The notes under the pieces were generated by a model that saw only the letters and a list, made by a program, of their open reading frames with translations, searched no databases and was not told the origin of the DNA. A stretch of DNA of 64,000 bases from Cirrosporium novae-zelandiae (taxonomy: Eukaryota). A program made the translations under genes and the position numbers. The stretch is from positions 1,488,001 to 1,552,000 of the forward strand of contig JAPETS010000001.1 of the NCBI GenBank assembly GCA_026023565.1. The letters are read 5' to 3'. This document shows, piece by piece, positions 55,568 through 64,000 of this stretch. The first letter of the stretch is position 1. Every line of letters begins with the position of its first letter.

Positions 55568-57709
55568 TTACACCTGCTCCGACTCTGGCACACCCGTCCA
55601 TGCTGATGTCTGCCACCAATCACACTCCTCCTTAGGCGTATCATCATCATCAACAAGAGTACTACCTGTCCACTTCAGTTCCAGCAAATTAAGCGTGTCC
55701 CCCAGAGTAACATTAGGTAGGTCCCCGATACTTGGGGTCGATGTGCTATTCTTGTACGTGTTTGGGTTTCCAGTGAGTGCGAAAGATGCGATGAAGGATT
55801 GCAGAGTATTGGCAAAACCGCGGACAATACTACTGCTCCAGTCGATGTCGATTTCGTCGTAGGCCTTGAGGTTGCTGCTTAAGTCGTTGCCGCTAAGGTC
55901 GAGGCCGAGGCGGAGCCAGAGGAAAGGGAGGTCTAGTCCGTGGATACCGGGCTGGTTGGGCATGTGATTAGTAAGCCTATTTCTCCGGCATCAGGTTGAA
56001 TGTGTGCGCGCTTACCGAAACACCAAATTTGTAACCCCAGACCTTTCCTGGGTATGCCTGAGTGATCCAACGAGTGTTACACGAGATGGCCCACTTGCCA
56101 ATGAGACTCGATACGCGGCTGAATTCGAGCTTATTCTTTACCTCCGGATAAAATTCATAGAGTTTCTCGTGAGCAGCAGAGGTGATGTTAGGGAAGTTCG
56201 TATCGATGAGCCAGTTGAAGTCGGCCGCGTTTGTGACGGATGTGTTCGTGAAGAGGACACCTTCGTTGGAGCCATGTGAGACAATGATGCTGCTGATGTT
56301 CTTCCAGTAGTGGCCTGCGGTCAAACATTAACTTATGCTTAAGTACAGGCATTATAGGGATATAACTTACCAAGTCGGAACTCATTCGCTGGCAAGTCCT
56401 GAATATAAGTTGTGTCAACAGCAGGACCGAAGCCATACTTTCCAGTTGGGGCACTAAGCGTTGTCTCCGCACTCGCATCCTGAAGAAGAGTCACGTTAGT
56501 CTTTCGGAGGCAAGTAATTGCATCACTGCCTGAGCAATTAAGTTTCGCAGCAAAGGCTTGGAAATCAGTCTCCATGCTAGAAGGATCATAGGTAGGGACG
56601 AAGGCAGGACTATTCATGATTGCTCGGCGATAAAGAGGGTCGAGGGTTCCACCTTCGGCGATCAGGTGATGCATAATGGACCCGGAGCCTGAACTTAATC
56701 CCCATGCAGTCACTTCGTCTTTGTTACCGCCAACAAGACGGACATAGTCTTGGACCCACTGCAGAGCGGCTCGTTGATCCAATAATCCAGCGTTGGCAGT
56801 GGCATCTTTCCATACCGTGGGACCGTTCAAGAATCCGAAAGCTCCCATCTGTACACCGCCATTGTTACTTCGGTTCATTGTCTTGGATGTTGGACAGAAA
56901 CTTACTCGATGATTTGCAGAGATATAGATCGCACTGTTGTTCATATGTTCTACCCACATGCCAGTGTTGTACCTAAGAGGGGGTTAATCAATAATAGGCG
57001 ATGCCACTTTGTATCTATACTTACAGAAACCAGTCTTTCATACCGAAGACTATTATTGAGTTAGTAATCTGTTGGCTGACCTAAGTATCAGGAGGCCTAC
57101 CAAAGCCGCCGCCATAAATCCAGTATAATATAGGCAAATCTTTCACCATTCCACGTACGGCATCCCCTGGAACGTACATGTCAAGGAACAAGCAGTCCTC
57201 TCCCGCGGTTGTACCACTCTGAAGGATCTTTGTTTTGACTAAAGATGAAATTAGTTTCTGTCATATATAACCTGGCCGAGAGAGTTCTTACTGGACTCGG
57301 TTGCAGCCTGGTAACATGAATACCCAAAAGAACCATCTTGGATCTCTGTTTCCGGAAGAGGAGACTGGGGCTTTGCAAATCGAAGGTCTCCCACAGGGGC
57401 TCTCGCAAAACGAATGTTCGAGAAATGATAGTACTAAATTCATTAACATGTGATACCTTTTGAGAAAAATTATATAATAAATTGGGAATATACGTCTCCA
57501 TTGACATGGTACGAAGAGGCCCTATACGTCGCATAGGGTAACTTCAGCAACGGTAGTCCCGTCGAATTGGCATCAAACTCAATGCCCAGCCCCGTCGAAT
57601 TTCCAAGGCTTGTCGTGTTCTCAAGGGTCGCAGAACGCTCGAAGGCCAGACCGGCTGGAGCTCCCAGAGCTGCAGAGAAGAGAGCGAAAAAACTTATTGA
57701 AAAGAACAT
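55568..57709 (-). CDS. Secreted type-B carboxylesterase / lipase (alpha/beta hydrolase), multi-exon
   Basis: Signal peptide MFFSISFFALFSAALGA; exon 1 57709-57494. Motifs NIRFARAPVGDLRFAKP, GEDCLFLD, WIYGGGF, NAGLLDQRAALQWVQ. Nucleophile elbow WGLSSGSG, acid SNEG, His PGIHGLD. GT-AG introns. Confidence 0.93.
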
Positions 57710-59053
57710 GATTTTCTGAAAAGGAAGAATTTAAAAAAAGAGAAAAAGAGTGACACCTCGTAACTGCGAGTGCTGGAGAGAATATGATGGATAAAAAGAG
57801 GCAGAAAGAAATAATTGATGAAGGATGAAGTTGATATTTATCATGGCTTGATATTCATCATAGCCAGACTCTGGACTAAAGCTATGCATTCTATGCTGGA
57901 TATTTCGGACCCGATAGCACTGCAATACAGATGCAGCGGCAATGTCAAAGCCGTGGAGAATGTCTCTAGCATCATCTAAAGCTTGATGAGATTAAAAAGG
58001 ATTTGTAGAATTTCGTTATTGTTTCATAAATCACGTTTTGTGCATTTGTCAGTGATCTGTATATTATATGCCATGGTTGGACCAGGTGTGTAGTAACGTG
58101 AGAAGCTAGCGAGGGGACAACCCTTTGATAACTCGATAAGATTAGGGCTCCCAGAAATGGTAATTGATGTACATGAGCTGAGGCTTAGTTTGCTTAAACT
58201 TCCCGGCACCAAAGATGTTCCGGCAGAGCAACTACCTGGCGGCTGGAGCTCTTAAGATTAAATTTTGTTTGGAGATGCGACATAAACAACCTTACACCAC
58301 TCATATACTGTATTTTTCTTTCCTTTATTCCTTATCAAAAAGGTCAAAACCATCACAAGTATCATTAAAGGCTTACTCCCTCACTGAATTTTATTTAGCT
58401 ACAGTTTGATCCCTCCTTAATTTTATTAACAGCGGGGGTGTAAAGGATTTTGCACTGCCACAGCGGTAATGGCCCTGTCCAATTTACAAGTCTTCCCCGC
58501 GCCTTCGTAGATCATACTCACCTCAACAAGCCATCCCAGAGTTTCCTATCCAACGGTAGCCTTGGTGGAGTCACTACCAACCAAAAACGGCTATATGGCC
58601 GAACCTTTTCATATCAGCGCCCGTCGCATACCATAGTTGCTTTTCTGGAAGAGGGCCCTTATGTCCGTGGTTCAAATCTGCGGTTTTCATCACAGTCGAC
58701 GGCATGGATTCTAGAAACTGTTTCGTGCGACCGTTATCGGTAAGTATTGTGGAGAATCTCTTGTCAAAGGTTTGTAACCTGTTTCATTTGTTTTCTTATT
58801 GCCGTTCAATCATCGCCACATGTGATTTCTCATAGAAATATATTCCCATCTTTTTTCCCCCGTTTGGACGCCTTCGAGAGGGTGCCATCAGTATTCGTCC
58901 TGTGGACCTCAACAAACTTGGAATACATTCGTTCTGTTTCCCACCCCCCCCTATTGCTTTCGTGCCTGCTTGAAGCAGCTTTCAACCTTAACAACTTTAT
59001 CCCCCCTGTCTTTTTATAACTCGAATACATCCACCCAGCCAAGTGTATCTAAC

Positions 59054-60298
59054 ATGAGGATCTTTGCTCTTTTCTCCAGCCTCTGTGCAGCCGTGGCTCT
59101 GGTACTCTCCTTCCTGTGTCTCTTCGCTGGCGCAAGACCCAACTTTTTAGAGGACGCCAACATCTTTACTGTAAGTTTCGTTTATCGTATTGAAAAAATA
59201 ATTTGTTTGGACGGACTAACAAGCCAGTAGCTGGATCTATCAGCAGTCACAAATCGAACAGCCTTGAGCAATGACATTGGCACACAGGTTGGAGTTCATG
59301 ACTGGTATAGTATTCACATCATGGATTACTGCGAAGGTTATTATACAAGATACCACGCCAAAAACCTAACAGCTTGTTCCAAAGAGAAGGGGTTTTATTA
59401 TTTCAATCCGGCCTCAGTCATTAATTCGGAGCTGGAAGGGAAACTCGATCTAACGGCCCTTGGTTGGCCCAATATCATCGGCAATGTCACGAACGCGATA
59501 GCGTCATCTTACAAAGCAATGTTTCTGCTGCTTTGCATCGGTATCACGGCGACGGGTATCTCTTTGATTGTCGGCGTTGTTGTGATTGTTATCGATGGCC
59601 GAGACATTACCCACGGCACCACAATTTCCATGATCAACCTCGGATTTGCAACGGTAAGTCAGATGATATGCTGCCTGATTCCGGACGATCCAAACTTATG
59701 AGATTAGATTGCTTTCCTCGGTCTGTCCATTGCCTCTGGGATCGTGACAGGTGTTATGATCAACGCTGTGAACACAATCAACAAGAAAGGGGCATCAGAC
59801 GGTCTTGCAGCGACCAGGGGCGAGAAATTTTTGTGGATGAGCTGGTCAAGTTCATGCCTGATGTGCGCAGCGATAATTGTCTGGTTCATGGACTATTATG
59901 TTGAGAAGAGGATAATGTACTCTGGTTTCGAGGAAATGTACGATGAACCACTCTTGGACGTCGAGTCTCCCGCTAATAGACGGATTCAGCCAATACGGCG
60001 ACATGATCTCTCTACGTACCCGACCACAGGCCGGTCGCGTAGTGATATAGCCCGCCTAGAAAAGGTAGCCAAGGCAAATCGTCGACGCGAAATCAAGGCC
60101 GCCAAAAAGAGTCGACACGAAGAACAAAAGGTCTTTCACGAAAACCGTCGACGCGAGGAAAAAGTTCTCAAAGAAAATAGCCGTGAAGAACAACACGCCC
60201 TCAATGAAAAACCGTCGAGACAATCTAAAAACAATGGCCAAAATAGCTCGACCTGCTATGGCTGTTGCACGTGTTGGACATACTGCATATGGCCTTAG
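59054..60298 (+). CDS. SUR7/PalI-family membrane protein (~376 aa)
   Basis: Exons 59054-59170, 59231-59653 and 59708-60298 with GTAAGT...AG introns. N-terminal TM ending LCLFAG, then VHDWYSIHIMDYCEGYY..C, then three further TM helices. Confidence 0.85.
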
Positions 60299-61181
60299 TA
60301 CTGGGGCGGGTTTGATTGGCTCTGGAAGGGGAAATAACCACAGCAACTTTTTTTGATACGTTATGAATTGAATGCCATGAGTGTGTTTCTTGGACGGTTG
60401 TAACTTGCAGGTCAAGTATCCAATAAATAGTTGGTATATAAATTCTATTTTCAAATAAAGTGGTTTTGATTGTTTTAACATATTCGAGGAAGCCTAGTCA
60501 AGCTCTAGATGATGTACTGTTCAAATATACTTAATGAGTTCAATATAAAAATGATTGAAAAGTTTTTAAAGATTATCCATAGGAATACACATATCGACTT
60601 ATGATTCTATAAATTCAATATTACGAGTAGTTTCAAGAGCCTAAACGAGTTTATAGTTAACCGCAGTTTTTAACCATGCGTTTACATTTTGAAAGTAATA
60701 TTTATTTTTTATAAGCCCTTTTAGTGGCGAAATGAGAGGATCCTTTTTATATCAAATAACTGTAAGCTTCGGTCAAAAAATGTTTGACCAGCTACTTCTA
60801 TCAGAGATCTAATTGTTGAGATGGTACACAAATGGCTAGATTTAATTAAATGCTATTATAATAATTTACGGTCGAAATTAGTACATTAATAGAGGGTGCA
60901 GTTCAATTGTTAAATAGAAACCCCTCAACAAATATTCAATCCAAATTTTAGTGTTCAGCGGCAGGTATTTTCAGAAACAATGTATCTTCTGAATAATAAT
61001 TGAGTGGCTAAAGGAAACAGTATCATCTCAGCTGACGTGAGATATATACATGATATAGGAAATAATAACATTTCTATTTAATCTTGAACCTACCCTGAAA
61101 TATGAATCGTTACTTGTTATGCCTTTTTATTCATTGTAATTTGATTTCTTTCTATGATACGTTCTATACTACATCCTCAAA

Positions 61182-61647
61182 ATGACACCCGAAGAGATTT
61201 ACACTCGTGGTCAGGACTTGTGCGAAGCCATGATGGCTGGCGATGTGGATGGTGTTATGTCACGCATGTCGCAAAATGTCATGTATTCCGACTATGGTAT
61301 TTGACATTCTTGTTTTATTTGGAGCTTTAAACTAACATGTGCGCTCTCTGTTAGGCGTTAGCGCTCTGGACATGGACTTCACGGCGGTAAAAACGTTTAT
61401 GGCAGGAATGTTCAAAGCGTGCGAAAACATGCAGCTGAAGACACGTTCCCATAACGGAACCCAAGAATTCTCGGTCTGGGAATGGGATCTTGAATGTGAT
61501 TTCGCGGAGAACGGTCAACACTTCGGTTTCAAGAAAGGAGCGCACGTGAAGATGGCAGGGTGCAGTCTTCAGTGGTGGAATAAGGAGGGGAAGCTCTACA
61601 AGAACCATGATTACGCATCCTTTGTTAGAGAGAATCCGGAATCTTAA
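61182..61647 (+). CDS. SnoaL-like / NTF2-like small protein (135 aa)
   Basis: Exons 61182-61296 and 61355-61647 (GT..CTAAC..AG intron). MTPEEIY..LCEAMMAGDVDGVMSRMSQNVMYSDYG...FSVWEW...VKMAGCSLQWWNKEGKLYKNHDY fits the NTF2/SnoaL pattern. Confidence 0.75.
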
Positions 61648-61900
61648 GGACATTCATATATCTATTGGGTTTATCCATGCCATCGGCGACCGGACACAGT
61701 GGGTATTTTAATGTCCGGCCGAGCTCCTGCCAGTTGTAGAGGGGTTTCAAACTCAACTTGTCTATCTCTATATATTGTGAGAACCCTACCTCCTCCCAGT
61801 ATGATTCCTCAACCAACCCGATTTTCAATCAACTCTACCTGCTACCAATCACCTACCAGCCTTGAAATATTTATTCTTAAGCACCCTTACCAAAATCAAC

Positions 61901-62077
61901 ATGCGTCTTCACTCCATACCTGTACTATCGCTTTTACTAGCCGCCTTCACCTCCTTTGTCGCCTTCGCAAGTCCAATACAACCCAAAGAGAATTGGCTGG
62001 TTCGCAGAAAGATGTGCCAGGTGAAATGCGCCGAGACGGCAAGGTGCAATTATCATAGTTATTGGTGCCGGGAATAA
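61901..62077 (+). CDS. Small secreted cysteine-rich peptide precursor (58 aa)
   Basis: CAAC ATG start context. Hydrophobic signal MRLHSIPVLSLLLAAFTSFVAFA-SP, dibasic RR(K) site, then a 4-Cys C-terminal peptide. Confidence 0.6.
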   Translation: MRLHSIPVLSLLLAAFTSFVAFASPIQPKENWLVRRKMCQVKCAETARCNYHSYWCRE

Positions 62078-62965
62078 TACCATGGTATTCATAATACTAT
62101 AGTATTCAAATATAGATAGCTAGATGCTTGTTAGGGGCTTCACCACCAACATTCTCATCTAATTTATGCTATAGACTTTTGCTAGTTGCAAGATCTCTTT
62201 CATCCATCTAACAATTTCTAGCTGTAGCGTTCAAGTTTAATAATATGACAAGCGAAAGTCCCCTGGGGCGGTGGAGCCCACGATAAAAATTTCATTATAC
62301 TCCAGCACAATACCTGGAGATAGTAATAAAGATTTTGAAATAGATTTATGACTTCTAAACATAAAAATGAAAATTTCCTATAATTTTTTAGTTTAGAGCA
62401 ACATAATAATATAGAAATAAGTTCAAATTTCCATGTTACTTTGTATGAGTCGAAGAACTATTCAATAATTTATATACACTGAAGTTAGCCACCCCTAGAG
62501 GTGTGCCACTCGGATTTGTATGATGCCTCACTAAAAAATAAATTTTCTATAAATATTTATATTAAAAGTTTAATGTTTTTTAATTTAAAGGTGCATTGAA
62601 TATAAATTTTATACATTTTCTGTTTTTTGGTGAGACCTTACACGAACTCTATTGGTACACTCCTGGGTGCCGGTGACGATAATGATGGTAGTGGTGGTGG
62701 TGGTCTTATTCGTGGACAAGAACTCGATACATGTGGCTTTCATTGATATGTAGTTATCCATCATAATGATCTCATTACTACTAAAAAGAACTATTTTATA
62801 AGGGATCCGCAATTAGAGTAGCAGAAGAAGAAAAAGTCGTAACCCGTGCAGTAGCGACCACCAAGCCCTAACTGCAACCTCTAACACCATTTAAAAGAAA
62901 AGGCCGCCAATGTAGTTTAATCCACCCATCCAGGACTTTTCACGATAGTAAGTACTGTTGTTTTT

Positions 62966-64000
62966 TCATGGTTTACTTAACTGTTCTTTCCTGAAAAACT
63001 TGAAGAATCCAATGGGAATAATCAGTTGACACCCAAGCGCGATCCAGAACCATGGCTTGCTAATTCCTTGTATAATACCTGCCGAGAAATCCGGGAAGAC
63101 GTCGCCAGGCCCATCTTTATCAGGCGCCGTAGCCTTCGCAATCATCGTAACAGCTGTGCCTAGAAGCTGTGCAGCAACTAAACTGACCGCAATATGAATG
63201 CGGGTAAGTGTTTGTAGGAGCATCATACCAAAGCCGACTCCCTGAACCGAATCCAGTACTCCGAGCCAGAGCCACAGTGCTCTTCCCGCGAGAGCCCCTG
63301 CAATTGGTCCCCCAGGCATCCAGGGCACCCAGAGACCGATGCCAGACGTTCCCCACAGCATCTGTGCCCAGCGAGGGGCACCCAAGCCGATGGCGAAGAT
63401 TGGCAAAATCCACGAATGCTTTTTGCTTAGGCGACCAAACAGAACAAGAAGCGCAGCCCAGACGCCGATGAAGAATGTGAAAACAAGAATGGTGATGGCC
63501 CATTTTGGCGCATACGTCGAGCTCCACAGGTACTGCCAATTGCGGCCGTATGGGGTGGAGAGGAAGTAGTTTTGTAGGATTACGGTAACGAAAAACCAGC
63601 CGACGATCTTACGATGCAGGAGAGTCTGGTAGAAATTAGGGATTTTCCCGGGGCTTTGGCGGTAATAAGGAGGCAAGGCAGTAAAGAGGATAAGGCCGAC
63701 GGCCCAAAGGAGGGCGGCGATGGGGAGCGTTATTGCAGCCATATAGGGAGAAGAGGTGAGAGCATTTTTCTCGACCTTGTTCATAGCCGTGGCGACGGTC
63801 AAGGTGTTTCCCCAGTAGAAGAGAGCAGTGATGTAAATTTGCTGTGTCCCTTGGATGATACAGGCACGATACGCCCAAGCCTTGATTGGAGCTCCGCCTA
63901 TAACCCGTCAGCATACAAACACAGAGGATATCTAAAAGAGGACAAAGACATACCTTCATCGCCAAAATTAAGTGCGAAAAAAATCGAACCGCTCGAAGAC
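62966..64000 (-). CDS. ags1: Alpha-1,3-glucan synthase, C-terminal multi-TM region (gene continues beyond the window)
   Basis: SSSGSIFFALNFGDEG | intron 63898-63953 | GAPIKAWAYRACIIQGTQQIY ... HSWILPIFAIGLGAPRWAQMLWGTSG ... GPGDVFPDFS ... FFRKEQLSKP*. These are characteristic Ags/Mok1 C-terminal motifs. The paralog number is not determinable. Confidence 0.92.

Noticed and set aside
57731..59042. Short ORFs between the esterase and SUR7 genes
   Set aside because: No recognisable motifs or gene structure. Likely a divergent promoter/UTR region.
63120..63965. Alternative-frame ORFs overlapping the glucan synthase
   Set aside because: Shadow frames of the ags coding exon.

Overview
Filamentous ascomycete (Pezizomycotina-type) nuclear DNA in two compartments. 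(1) ~1-55050 is an extremely AT-rich, RIP-mutated repeat block. It is dominated by about 10 full or partial copies of one ~6.4 kb Tad1-like LINE, several nested with readable target-site duplications (TSDs). It also holds a 3.7 kb LTR element that encodes only Gag, a C2H2 finger and a protease (no RT, RNase H or integrase), and two solo LTRs of a second family. Between the LINEs (2717-4686 plus 11112-20663) lies a RIP-destroyed multi-gene segment that is not a standard transposon. Reversing the C>T/G>A changes by eye reveals a short EST1/SMG5-7-like gene, a FunK1 (Pkinase_fungal) kinase with a duplicated 5' end, unidentified coding-like relics, and two copies of a two-tier tandem-repeat block. 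This is the best candidate for an undescribed cargo-carrying mobile unit, although no transposase or recombinase could be read in it. (2) ~55050-64000 is normal intron-containing gene space: a secreted type-B carboxylesterase, a SUR7/PalI membrane protein, a SnoaL/NTF2-like protein, a 58-aa secreted Cys-rich peptide precursor, and the 3' end of alpha-1,3-glucan synthase. All homology calls are motif recognition by eye; no database searches were run.
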